Position numbers and translations under genes: made by a program
Notes under the pieces: model-generated
What the model was told of the DNA's origin: nothing
Database searches by the model: none
The model's input: the letters and a program-made list of their open reading frames with translations, nothing else
Part shown: one piece after another, positions 45,414-54,679 of the stretch
How the letters are laid out: the number at the start of each line of letters is the position of its first letter
How positions within the stretch are numbered: the stretch's first letter is position 1
From: Akkermansia muciniphila
GTDB taxonomy: Bacteria > Verrucomicrobiota > Verrucomicrobiia > Verrucomicrobiales > V1-33
Length of the DNA: 64,000 nt
Direction of reading: 5' to 3'
NCBI GenBank assembly: GCA_945861415.1
Contig: CAMAUV010000003.1
Location: 64,781 to 128,780, forward strand

Positions 45414-46496
45414 TCACCGACGATGAAAAATCTCTGGCTGCTGCAAGCGCCAGCGTTCCACGGCGGAAACGAGGGTGGAATCCCGCAGCGTGCTGTCATG
45501 GATTGCGTTGGCCCATGCGGCGGCGCTGGCAGCGTCGTTGCGGATCGCAGGTGAGTCTGTCAGCGCCACAATGGCGGTGTCGCGGACAACCTCGCTAGCC
45601 AAGGTGTTCACCCACTGCGAGGCCGCAGCGGGATCGGCTAGCATCCACCACAGGACAACGCCTTCGACAGCGGCAAGGGCGGAATCGCCGGAAAGCGACC
45701 GCGCCCATGCGGCGGCCTGCTGCGGACTGGATTGCGCCCACTGCGCGGCAACGGCTCCGGCAGCAGAGCTGTGGTCTTCGCCGGTGAGGCTGTTCACCCA
45801 TGCCGTCGCCGTCGACGGATCTTCTATGGCAAGTGAGATGGCGAGAGCGGGCACGGCCTCTGCGCGCAGAGAATCGTCTTCCAGATTTTGCACCCATACG
45901 GCGGCGGCGGCAGGATTGTCCGCGGCCCATGCGGCGGTCACTACGCGTGCGGCTAGTGCAGCGGCGGCAGGGTCGAGCCCAAACCCGCCGGTTTCCTCCT
46001 CAAGATGAGCGGCAGCAGTCTGTGGATCGCGCGCGGCCCATGCGCTCATCACGGTGGCGGCGGAAAGGGTGCGTTCAGAACCCGGGAGCGTGTCTATGTA
46101 AGTAAGAGCCGTCTGCGGATCGAGTTCCCCATACCGTGCGAGAAAAATCTGCAGCGCCAGTCCGCCATCGGCCCCGGGTTGCAGATCGAGCGTTCTCAGT
46201 GCCGCCAGCGTGCCGCGGATATCCAGAGTGGCAGCGTGGTCGAGCAGTGCCGCGATTCTGCCTGCTGGCCCAGTGCGGGGAACTTCGGTGGGCGCACCAG
46301 CAGCCTCTATTTTGCCGGGCGCGCCCGCCATTTTCTCCACCGCCATGCCTCTGGTGACAGCGGCGGAAGCCGTAGTGCGGACGGCGGGGGAGATTGTCGG
46401 CACTGCAGGGCGCAGTGTCCATCCGAGGAGGAATGCCGCTGCGGGAATAGCGGCGCTGAGGATTACACAAAAGTGTTGGGGAAGAGAGAGGGGCAT
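45414..46496 (-). CDS. Signal-anchored repeat protein (six W..(D/S)P..AA.W units)
   Basis: N-terminal hydrophobic segment. Repeats: AWAARDPQTAAAHL, AWAADNPAAAAVWV, IEDPSTATAWV, QWAQSSPQQAAAWA, WWMLADPAAASQWV and RNDAASAAAWA. Confidence 0.6.
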   Translation of the reverse strand: MPLSLPQHFCVILSAAIPAAAFLLGWTLRPAVPTISPAVRTTASAAVTRGMAVEKMAGAPGKIEAAGAPTEVPRTGPAGRIAALLDHAATLDIRGTLAALRTLDLQPGADGGLALQIFLARYGELDPQTALTYIDTLPGSERTLSAATVMSAWAARDPQTAAAHLEEETGGFGLDPAAAALAARVVTAAWAADNPAAAAVWVQNLEDDSLRAEAVPALAISLAIEDPSTATAWVNSLTGEDHSSAAGAVAAQWAQSSPQQAAAWARSLSGDSALAAVEGVVLWWMLADPAAASQWVNTLASEVVRDTAIVALTDSPAIRNDAASAAAWANAIHDSTLRDSTLVSAVERWRLQQPEIFHRR

Positions 46497-46685
46497 AGAA
46501 TGAGAGGCGTGGAGTGCAATTGCTAAGGGCCTCGCCCGGGCCGGCCTTCACGACCGGCCCGGACTACTGTCTGTGGTTTGGAGTGCGGATGCAGTTACCG
46601 CAGAGTGGTAGAGGCAGCGAGAGTTGGCAGCATATCAATCTCTGCGCTCTTTACGGCTCAGCGGTTCAACTGCATCTGCGGGAGC

Positions 46686-47087
46686 CTACTTCCGCTTCGG
46701 CTTGCCGCCTTTTTTCGGGCGGGCGGCGAATTCCTCAGCAGTCACGCTGCCGTCGCTGTTGACGTCGAGCTTGGCGTAATGCACGGCTACCTTATTGGCA
46801 TCGGCGCCCTCGGGAGCACCGGCGGCGAATTCGGCTGCGGAGAGTCCGCCGCTGGAGTCGGTATCCAGTTCTTCGAACTTGGTAGTGATTTTCGCGGCGT
46901 GGGCGGCTTTCATCGCGGCCTTCTCGGCGTCGCTCAGCACGCCATCGCCGTCGGTGTCGAATTCAGCGAGCACTGCTGGGGGCACCGGGCGGTCGCCGCC
47001 GGCCGGAGCGCCGCCGCGTGGGCGGGCATAGGTGAAGCCAGTGGTGACGACGAGGGCGGCGAGGATCAATGTCAGTGTTGTTTTCAT
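46686..47087 (-). CDS. Secreted EF-hand calcium-binding protein
   Basis: ATG 47087 gives the signal MKTTLTLILAALVVTTGFTYA. Three EF loops: DTDGDGVLSDAE, DTDSSGGLSAAE and DVNSDGSVTAEE. Confidence 0.8.
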   Translation of the reverse strand: MKTTLTLILAALVVTTGFTYARPRGGAPAGGDRPVPPAVLAEFDTDGDGVLSDAEKAAMKAAHAAKITTKFEELDTDSSGGLSAAEFAAGAPEGADANKVAVHYAKLDVNSDGSVTAEEFAARPKKGGKPKRK

Positions 47088-47256
47088 GGTGGGTGTTTTC
47101 TTTGTTTGGTTGTGTTTGTTGTGACAGCCCGGTTTTTGGTTTGTGCCGGGCGTGAAATTGTTTTCAATTTCACGGGTAATAGAACACACTACTCTGTCGC
47201 TCCTGTGACACGCAGATGACACGCTTGTCATTTTCACTTCGGCCCTTCTTCACCTC

Positions 47257-49803
47257 ATGATCCGCTCGCTCGCTCTTCTGCTTCCTCTCACTGCCGTTGC
47301 CGCTCCGGTGCCGGTGGAATTGTTTCAATGCGCTGACCCCAACCTTGAGGTCACCGTCTGGGCCGCGCCGCCGCTGCTGCGCAATCCCACGAACATCGAC
47401 ATCGACCAGCACGGGCGCATCTGGGTCGCGGAGGGCGTGAATTACCGCAAGATGTTCGACCGCGAGCCCAAGGGCGACCGCATCATGGTGCTGGAAGACA
47501 CGGACAAGGACGGCAAGGCGGACAAGTCGTGGGCCTTCGTGCAAGAGCCGTTTCTCCGCACGCCGCTAGGCGTAGCGGTCATCGGAAACAAAGTCGTGGT
47601 CAGCATGGCGCCGGACCTCGTGGTCTATACCGACAAGGACGGCGATGCCGTGTTCGATCCTGCCAAAGGCGACACGCGCGAGGTGCTGCTCACGGGATTC
47701 AATGGACGCAATCATGACCACTCGCTGCACAGTGTGACCGTGGGGCCGGACGGGAAATGGTATTTCAGCGCGGGAAATTGCGGCGCGAAATTCACCGACA
47801 AGAGCGGCAAGACTTTCCGCATATCGGCAAAGCAGGACGCATCGCGCTGGCCGCAGGATCCGAAGCTCCCTGACTGGGATCCCAACGAAATCGCCGGTCA
47901 GAAAAGCGACGACGGGCGCGCCTATGTCGGCGGGTTCATCGCCCGTATGGATCCGGACGGCAGCAATGTGGAAATCCTCGCGCACAACCTGCGCAACTCG
48001 TATGAAAACTGCGTCACCAGCTTCGGCGACATCTTCGCCAGCGACAACGACGACCAGCCCGCGTGCCGTGTCTTCGCCGTGCTGGAGGGCGGGAACTACG
48101 GATTCGCCAGTGCCGACGGCGCGCGCACATGGCAGGCCGACCGCCGGCCGGGACAGAATATCCAAACCGCTACATGGCGTCAGGATGACCCGGGCGTGGC
48201 TCCCGCCGGCGATATCTATGGCGGTGGCGCGCCGACTGGCTGTGTGTTCTATGAAAACGGCGCGCTCGGTGAGAAGCACGAAGGCACCCTCCTCGTCTGC
48301 GCGTCCGCGCGGAACACCATCTTCGGCTATAAGCCGCAGCCGGATGGCGCGGGCTGGAAATTGGAGCGGTTCGATTTCCTCACGACGAACAAAGCGGGCG
48401 AATTCGCCGGCGCGGATTTCAAAGGCGGCAGCAAAGGCATCAAACCCGAAGACACCAAAACCCTCTTCCGCCCCAGCGACATCGCTGTCGGCCCGGATGG
48501 CGCGCTTTACATCTCCGACTGGCTCGATCCCCGCACCGGCGGCCACGCCACCATGGACGACGCCATGGAAGGCACCATCTACCGCATCGCGCCGAAGGGG
48601 TTTAAGAGTGTGGTGCCGAAGGTGGAATTCACGACGGTGGCTGGGGCCATTCAGGCAATGAAGAGTCACGCGGTGAATGTCCGGGGCCAGGCTCTAAACA
48701 CGCTGCAGCAGTTTGGGCAGAACACTGTGAGTGAGCTGTCCTCCGCCATGAAGGGGCAGCATAAAGACTACTGGGTTGCTCGGCTCGAGAACGCTCAAAA
48801 AGCCGTGCGCCACAAAAAACTTCAATCCCGTAAACTAGGTGATCTTAAAAAGCTGGTGGAAAAGGGAGACCAAACGGCTCAACATCTAGCTGCTAAGAAT
48901 TTTCGTGGAAAAGAGAACGAAGAGCTCCGACGCATGCTCGCAGACAAAGAGGAAAGCTCTAAGCCAGAAGGGTGGGGGAACTACGTTTCATCGCTGATGT
49001 TCCAGCTTCACCCGCCGCAAAGTATCCCCGCTTTCCAAACCCGCGCGCTCTTTTCGAAACTCCCTCTCAAGGCGCGGTTGGAGGCGCTGACGGCCATCGG
49101 ATTCAACGTGACGCCGGAGGCGGCGGCGGCGATGTTGGAGGTGGTAGTTGCGAAAGGAAAACAACCCCCGCCTCCCGGAAAGGCAGACCCGCCTTCCACG
49201 GCTAAAGCCGACGAAATGGTCCGCGAAACCGCCCTGTGGTGGTTGCTGAACCGGAAGGACAACACATGGAAGGTCCACAACCTGAACGCAGTGCTCAAGG
49301 AGCGCGGGATTTACGATCCGGAGAAGATCACCCTGCTCCCGGCCCCGCCGCCGGAACCGGTGGCGGCCACCTACACCGTGGCGGACGCGGCGAAACTCCC
49401 CGGCGATGCCAAACGCGGCGAGGCCGTGAGCGCGAAATGTTTTCTCTGTCACCAAATCGGCGAAGTGGGCGTGGACTACGGGCCGGACCTGACGACCTTC
49501 GGCCGCACGCAAACGACGGAGGCACTGCTGAAGAGCATCATTGAGCCGGAAGCGGACATCGCGCACGGATTCCACGGCATCCGGGTGGAGACGAAGGACG
49601 GTCAAATCATCGAAGGACTGCTTCTCACCGACAGCGACCCGCTCATCGTCCGCAGCCCCGGCGGCCTAACTCAAATGGTGCCGGTGGCGCGAGTGAAGGA
49701 GAAAACCGGTCTCCGAGGGCGCAGTCTGATGATGAGCGCAGTGCAAATGGGGCTCTCCGCGCAAGAAGCCGCGGATGTGGCGGCATATCTGCGCGCGAGG
49801 TGA
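47257..49803 (+). CDS. PVC-type heme-binding CxxCH protein (membrane-bound-dehydrogenase-like beta-propeller plus HEAT-like region plus C-terminal cytochrome c)
   Basis: Signal peptide. N-terminal ..PTNIDIDQHGRIWVAEGVNYR..DKDGKADK.. propeller-like part. C-terminal GEAVSAKCFLCHQIGEVGVDYGPDLT heme-binding site. Confidence 0.8.
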   Translation: MIRSLALLLPLTAVAAPVPVELFQCADPNLEVTVWAAPPLLRNPTNIDIDQHGRIWVAEGVNYRKMFDREPKGDRIMVLEDTDKDGKADKSWAFVQEPFLRTPLGVAVIGNKVVVSMAPDLVVYTDKDGDAVFDPAKGDTREVLLTGFNGRNHDHSLHSVTVGPDGKWYFSAGNCGAKFTDKSGKTFRISAKQDASRWPQDPKLPDWDPNEIAGQKSDDGRAYVGGFIARMDPDGSNVEILAHNLRNSYENCVTSFGDIFASDNDDQPACRVFAVLEGGNYGFASADGARTWQADRRPGQNIQTATWRQDDPGVAPAGDIYGGGAPTGCVFYENGALGEKHEGTLLVCASARNTIFGYKPQPDGAGWKLERFDFLTTNKAGEFAGADFKGGSKGIKPEDTKTLFRPSDIAVGPDGALYISDWLDPRTGGHATMDDAMEGTIYRIAPKGFKSVVPKVEFTTVAGAIQAMKSHAVNVRGQALNTLQQFGQNTVSELSSAMKGQHKDYWVARLENAQKAVRHKKLQSRKLGDLKKLVEKGDQTAQHLAAKNFRGKENEELRRMLADKEESSKPEGWGNYVSSLMFQLHPPQSIPAFQTRALFSKLPLKARLEALTAIGFNVTPEAAAAMLEVVVAKGKQPPPPGKADPPSTAKADEMVRETALWWLLNRKDNTWKVHNLNAVLKERGIYDPEKITLLPAPPPEPVAATYTVADAAKLPGDAKRGEAVSAKCFLCHQIGEVGVDYGPDLTTFGRTQTTEALLKSIIEPEADIAHGFHGIRVETKDGQIIEGLLLTDSDPLIVRSPGGLTQMVPVARVKEKTGLRGRSLMMSAVQMGLSAQEAADVAAYLRAR

Positions 49804-50053
49804 CAGAGATTCCCACAACACCACCGCCGGGCCATACTGTTTAGGGCCTACCGAGAGGCGCAGTGGGCGCAGAGATAAAAATAGTGTAATCGGGAGCGGT
49901 AGCCTTCGTCCTAAACTTGAGGATAAACGGAATCGCCTGCTCTATCCCAATCCTCCTCTGCGCTCTCTTCGCCTTAACGGTAACTTCAGGCCCCAGTCCT
50001 AACACCTTTTCCGCCCCTCCGGTATTCGTCTGCCCCCAAAAGTCCAACATTCC

Positions 50054-50081
50054 GATGACGCCTTGATGACACCTCTGTCAT
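50054..50081 (+). promoter_or_regulatory. Candidate response-regulator operator upstream of the two-component operon
   Basis: GATGAC occurs at 50054-50059 and 50065-50070 (11-bp phasing), followed by inverted GTCAT at 50077-50081. This is 53-80 nt upstream of the regulator ATG. Confidence 0.25.
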
Positions 50082-50133
50082 AATAGCTCACAGGACTTTC
50101 ATCGCGGCGAAGTTGTGCCATAGGTTTCGGCAT

Positions 50134-50811
50134 ATGCGCATTCTAGTCATCGAAGACCAAAAGAAGATCGCCGGCTTCATCGAGCAAGGATTGAAGGAGA
50201 ATGGGTTTGCCGTGGATGTGGTTCATACCGGCGAGGAAGGTTATCTGAACGCCACAACGGAGAGTTACGACGCGATGGTCCTCGATGTGATGCTGCCTGG
50301 TCGTGACGGCCTGAGCATTCTGCGCGCATTGCGGGGCAAGGGGCTCACGCTGCCAGTGCTGGTGCTCACGGCGCGCAGTGAGTTGAATGAACGCGTGGAG
50401 GGGCTGAATGCGGGCGCGGATGATTATCTCACGAAACCGTTCTATGTGGAAGAACTGGTGGCCCGGCTCCATGCACTGCTGCGGCGCACGGGCGGCACTC
50501 CAGCGAGCATTTTGAAGAACGGGCCGCTATCCATGAATCTGCTCACCCGCGAGGTGAAGCGGGGGGCGGATGCGCTGGAACTGAGTTCGCGCGAGTTTGC
50601 GCTGCTGGAGTATTTTATGCGTGCACCTAGCCGCGTGCTCACCCGCTCGCAGATTGGCCAGCATGTGTGGAATTTGCATTTCGACACCGGTACGAACATG
50701 GTGGATGTGGCCATCGGGCGGCTGCGGAGAAAGATCGAAGAGCCTAACGGGCCGCATCTTATCGAGACCGTGCGCGGCGCAGGCTACCGGTTCCGGGGAG
50801 GTGAGCGATGA
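50134..50811 (+). CDS. OmpR/PhoB-family response regulator
   Basis: Receiver domain MRILVIEDQ...MVLDVMLPGRDG...LTARS, then a winged-helix output LTREVKRGADALELSSREFALLEYFM..RGAGYRF. Confidence 0.9.
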   Translation: MRILVIEDQKKIAGFIEQGLKENGFAVDVVHTGEEGYLNATTESYDAMVLDVMLPGRDGLSILRALRGKGLTLPVLVLTARSELNERVEGLNAGADDYLTKPFYVEELVARLHALLRRTGGTPASILKNGPLSMNLLTREVKRGADALELSSREFALLEYFMRAPSRVLTRSQIGQHVWNLHFDTGTNMVDVAIGRLRRKIEEPNGPHLIETVRGAGYRFRGGER

Positions 50812-52406
50812 AGCTGGTAAGCTCGGCGCGGGCAAGGGTGGCGCTCATCACGGCATTGGTATGTGCGGTGGTGCTGGGGGCGTTCGCCGTGGCGGCATGG
50901 ACCCGGCTGAAAGCGGCGCGCATGGAGGCGCTGGACCGGGAGCTGGAAAGCGCGGGGCTACCGCTCGCCCTCGCCGCGAGGATGAATCTTTCAGCAGCTA
51001 AGGCGGAGCACATGCTCAATCAGAGGTTTGGCACGGATCGGCAGATGGGGCGGGCCTTTGCAGTCCATCAGCCCGGCGAGAAGCCGGTGCTTTCCTCGCA
51101 GTGGCCGAAAGGTCTGGCTCCCGAAAGTCTTCCGCACAACACGGAGACGGTGGAGCGCGAACCTACCGCGCCGCCCGATGACAACGGCGGCCCGCGCTCC
51201 CGGGCAGTGCCGCCGGACGATTTTGGACCAAGTCCACCCGGGGAGGGCCCGGGCTCGCCGCGACGGGGAAGGCCGCGGGAATTTGAAGACAAGCCGCCGC
51301 CTTCGGACGCAAACCCGCAGGACCGCCCGCGGCGTCCGCTTATTTTCAAGCCTCAGTTTTCGACCGTAGAGACCGGAGGAAAGACATGGCGTGCCGGGGT
51401 ATTCGGCCACGCAGGCAGCGGGGTTTTCGTGCGCGTGCTGCTCGACCAGTCGGTGTATGCCGCAGATTTGCAGGAGACCGCGCGCGCTTTTATGCTCACC
51501 GTCCCGGGCGCGCTGCTGCTGATCGCGGCGGGGGCATGGTTTGCCGCGTGGCGCAGTCTGGCGCCGGTGCAACAGCTCACGCAGCGCATCGAAACGGTCT
51601 CGCCGGGGAAAAGCAATGAACGTCTCGACCCCGCGGGGGCCGACACGGAATTCCGCCGTATCATCGCTTCGTGGAATGAAATGCTGGAGCGCATGGAGCG
51701 GAGCTATCAGCAGGCTACAAGGTTCAGCGCCGATGCCTCTCACGAATTGAAGACGCCGCTCGCAGTGATGCGCGCCACCGTGGAAAGCGGACTGTCGCAC
51801 TGCGCCGACGGCTCGAACGAGCAGCGCACGTATGCGGGCCTGCTGGATGAACTGGATGAAATCCAGGCGATCATCGAAGGTCTGCTGCTACTTTCCCGTG
51901 CGGATGCAGGACTGCTGGCGGCGAACCGGGAGACGCTGGATCTCTCCACATGGCTGCAGCCGCTGCTGGAGGACGCAGGGCTGATGGCTGAAGAACGGGA
52001 CATCACGATAGAAGCCGAAATCACCGAGGGCATCCATGTGCAGGCGGACCCCGTGCTGCTCACACGCGCAGTGCACAACCTCCTCCGCAATGCCGTGGCG
52101 TATAATCACCGTGGCGGACAGATCACGGCCGGCCTCAGTCGGGAAGGAAATTTCGCGGTGCTCAGAATCGGCAATACCGGCACGCCCATTGCCGAGGATG
52201 AGCGCGCGGACATTTTCGACCGCTTCAAGCGCGGCACCAACGCGGGCGGCACCGGTCAGGGCAAAGGACTAGGCATTGGACTCAGTCTTGCGCGCGAAAT
52301 CGCGTTAGCCCATGGCGGCACGCTCACGCTGGAGGCGAAGGGAAACAATATCTTTCGACTGAGCATTCCCCTCGCGGCCTCCGCGGCGGAGGCCGTGCGA
52401 CGTTAG
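50808..52406 (+). CDS. Sensor histidine kinase (HAMP plus HisKA plus HATPase_c)
   Basis: Two TMs, H-box FSADASHELKTPL, N box LLRNAVAYN, and G boxes DRFKRG / GKGLGIGLSL. The start overlaps the regulator stop (ATGA). Confidence 0.9.
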   Translation: MKLVSSARARVALITALVCAVVLGAFAVAAWTRLKAARMEALDRELESAGLPLALAARMNLSAAKAEHMLNQRFGTDRQMGRAFAVHQPGEKPVLSSQWPKGLAPESLPHNTETVEREPTAPPDDNGGPRSRAVPPDDFGPSPPGEGPGSPRRGRPREFEDKPPPSDANPQDRPRRPLIFKPQFSTVETGGKTWRAGVFGHAGSGVFVRVLLDQSVYAADLQETARAFMLTVPGALLLIAAGAWFAAWRSLAPVQQLTQRIETVSPGKSNERLDPAGADTEFRRIIASWNEMLERMERSYQQATRFSADASHELKTPLAVMRATVESGLSHCADGSNEQRTYAGLLDELDEIQAIIEGLLLLSRADAGLLAANRETLDLSTWLQPLLEDAGLMAEERDITIEAEITEGIHVQADPVLLTRAVHNLLRNAVAYNHRGGQITAGLSREGNFAVLRIGNTGTPIAEDERADIFDRFKRGTNAGGTGQGKGLGIGLSLAREIALAHGGTLTLEAKGNNIFRLSIPLAASAAEAVRR

Positions 52407-52680
52407 CTCCAGCATCCCTCGGTGGTGTAGGCCATGGCTTCGTTCTGGCTGATGCTCACAAAGCGGTAGCGGCTACCGGGTAACAAGGAGCCTGTGTAAC
52501 GGCCGCGCTTGTCCTGACAGCGGACACGGGTGTTGGCCGGATCGCTGGGAATGGTGTCATAGCCGGGATAGTTGGGCCCGAAAGGCTGGCTTAGGGAATG
52601 ATGCTGTTGCCACTCGGGTCAACGATGCATACGGTGCGCAGGGAGCAGGCGGTAAGAGTCACGGTGGGAGATTTTCTCAC
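52403..52680 (-). pseudogene. Small Cys-containing ORF interrupted by a stop/frameshift (possible lipoprotein)
   Basis: GTG 52680 reads VRKSPTVTLTACSLRTVCIVDPSGNSIIP and then TAA at 52591-52593. The -1 frame continues SQPFGPNYPGYDTIPSDPANTRVRCQDKRGRYTGSLLPGSRYRFVSISQNEAMAYTTEGCWS to TAA 52403-52405. The junction is at a CCC run. The start assignment is weak. Confidence 0.35.
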
Positions 52681-52885
52681 AACAAAACTTGCGTGACGTG
52701 GGCCGGCAAATTGGCAAGAAACCAAAATCGCGCCCGGGAGCGCTGCCGGGGAGGCTAGCCGTCAGATTTTTCTGCGGGCCATCTTTTTGCTTGAGTGCAG
52801 CGAAGAAATCCGGGACATATCATACAAACCCGCAGACGGCATTGGCAAAACCCAGAGGCTGCTCTAGGGAGCAACCATCACCCCC

Positions 52886-53983
52886 ATGCAAAACACCTCC
52901 ATGAAAAAACTGCTCTTCACTCTTCTCGCCGCCGCCATCGGCAGTTCCACCTTCGCTGATACCATTACATTGAAGGACGGCACCGTGTGGGAAGGCACCA
53001 TCCTAGAGGAAACCCCCACGCAGGTGATCATCGAAGTCCAGTTCTCCGCCACCATAAAATCCAAAGAAGAGGTCAAGGTATCCGAAATCAAGGAAATAAA
53101 GAGGCTGCCGGTTGATGAAAAGGAAGCCGCCGCATTGATGGCGAAGTTGAAGGTTACGGAAGACGGCATGACCGCGGCCAACTACGAATTAGCAATCAAA
53201 CTGAGTATCCAGCCATGGCTGGACAAGTATAAGACCAGCAAGAAGCGCGCAGATGTGGAGGCGCTGCTGAAGCTTTACACAGAGGAACTGGCCAAAGTGA
53301 AAGCCGGCGGCACCAAGGTGCGCGGCTCATGGATCACAGCAGATGAACTGAAGTGGGACGAATACAACATCGCTGCCCGCCGCCTGCGTGTGCAAATGGA
53401 GGCCCAACTCAAGAAGCGCGAGTATGTGGCAATGCACAACGCCTTCGCCAAAATGGATGCAAAGTATTCCGCCGCTGTGGATTACGTACCTTCACTGGAA
53501 CTGATGAAAAAAAGCATGGCCGCAGTTGAGGGCACCATCGCCCGAGCCGTTGAGGAGCAAAAAGGCTACGACGCTGAGCGCAAACGCCTGCTGGGCAGCC
53601 AGACTCCGGAAAAGAAGAAGGAACTGGAGGACAAGATCAAAGCCGAACAGTTGGAATTCCGCAAGAAAGTCGCACAGGAGAAGAAAGAAAAGATCCGTCT
53701 CACCAGCTACGATAAGCACGACCTGAAGAGCGTTCAGGATGCGCTCTCTCAGGCCAAAAAAGAGACGGAATACCTCAACAAAATCGACACCAAAGGTCAG
53801 GCCGAGGCAGCCAAAAAATATCAGGAAGCCCTGCGTCACATCTATGAAAAGCAGTGGCTATCCGCCAAGTCTAAGCTGGAGTATGCGATAAAGGTTTTCG
53901 CTAAAGATCCCGCCGTGAAAAAATCGCTCGACGATGCTACCCGACAGGCTGCTGCCGCCGGCAACAAGACTGGAGCCAAATAA
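52886..53983 (+). CDS. Secreted Lys/Glu-rich helical protein
   Basis: Signal MKKLLFTLLAAAIGSSTFA (ATG 52886 or 52901). N-terminal DTITLKDGTVWEGTILEETPTQVIIEV, then long K/E-rich helical sequence. No family recognised. Confidence 0.7.
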   Translation: MQNTSMKKLLFTLLAAAIGSSTFADTITLKDGTVWEGTILEETPTQVIIEVQFSATIKSKEEVKVSEIKEIKRLPVDEKEAAALMAKLKVTEDGMTAANYELAIKLSIQPWLDKYKTSKKRADVEALLKLYTEELAKVKAGGTKVRGSWITADELKWDEYNIAARRLRVQMEAQLKKREYVAMHNAFAKMDAKYSAAVDYVPSLELMKKSMAAVEGTIARAVEEQKGYDAERKRLLGSQTPEKKKELEDKIKAEQLEFRKKVAQEKKEKIRLTSYDKHDLKSVQDALSQAKKETEYLNKIDTKGQAEAAKKYQEALRHIYEKQWLSAKSKLEYAIKVFAKDPAVKKSLDDATRQAAAAGNKTGAK

Positions 53984-53986
53984 ATT

Positions 53987-54580
53987 ATGAACACTGCGCG
54001 CACTGCTGAAATCGCCCGCCGCACAGCGGAAACAGACATTACTCTCTCGCTGACCATCGACGGCCAGGGCCGTGCGGACGTGAGCACGGGCATCGGGTTC
54101 TTCGACCACATGCTCACGCTTTTTGCGAAGCACAGCCTCATCGACCTTAAAGTCGTGGCCAAAGGCGACCTGCACGTGGATTACCACCACACCGTGGAGG
54201 ATATCGGTATCGTAATGGGGCAGGCTCTGCGTCAGGCGCTGGGCGACAAAAAGGGCCTCGTGCGCTACGGCTGGGCTTATCTGCCCATGGATGAGACGCT
54301 GGCCCGGGTGGCGGTGGACCTCAGCGGGCGCTCGTATCTGGAGCACCGCGTGCCAGAGCGGGTGGAGAACATTGGGGCGTTTCCGTTTCAGCTGGTGGAG
54401 GAGTTCCTCCGCGGACTGGCCCACAACCTTCTCGCCAATGTCCACGTCGAAATCCTCTACGGACGCGACGCCCACCATATGGCCGAGGCAATATTCAAGG
54501 GCCTCGCCCGGGCGCTGGATGCCGCCATGCGCATCGATCCGCGGGTAACCGGGGTGCCGAGTACGAAGGAGATGCTGTAA
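53987..54580 (+). CDS. hisB: Imidazoleglycerol-phosphate dehydratase
   Basis: RRTAETDITLSL..DG.G...VSTGIGFFDHMLTLFAKHS...HHTVEDIGIVMGQAL...GRDAHHMAEAIFKGLARAL. Confidence 0.95.
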   Translation: MNTARTAEIARRTAETDITLSLTIDGQGRADVSTGIGFFDHMLTLFAKHSLIDLKVVAKGDLHVDYHHTVEDIGIVMGQALRQALGDKKGLVRYGWAYLPMDETLARVAVDLSGRSYLEHRVPERVENIGAFPFQLVEEFLRGLAHNLLANVHVEILYGRDAHHMAEAIFKGLARALDAAMRIDPRVTGVPSTKEML

Positions 54581-54679
54581 AGAAGTGCTTTAGTGGCTGG
54601 TGTCGTAGTGCTTAGTGATGGCCCCCACACCATTCGATACTGAGCACTAGGGCACTAAAAACTAAACACTACCACCACC

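Noticed and set aside
47566-48669. 367-aa minus-strand ORF, and 50991-51800 and 59486-60877
   Set aside because: They are antisense to the PVC heme-binding protein, the histidine kinase and lon respectively. Their composition is that of shadow ORFs.
49841-50050. 69-aa minus-strand ORF in the 330-bp spacer before the two-component operon
   Set aside because: It has an alternative start only, no recognisable family and no ribosome-binding context that I could see. It is possibly a gene remnant, but this is unsupported.
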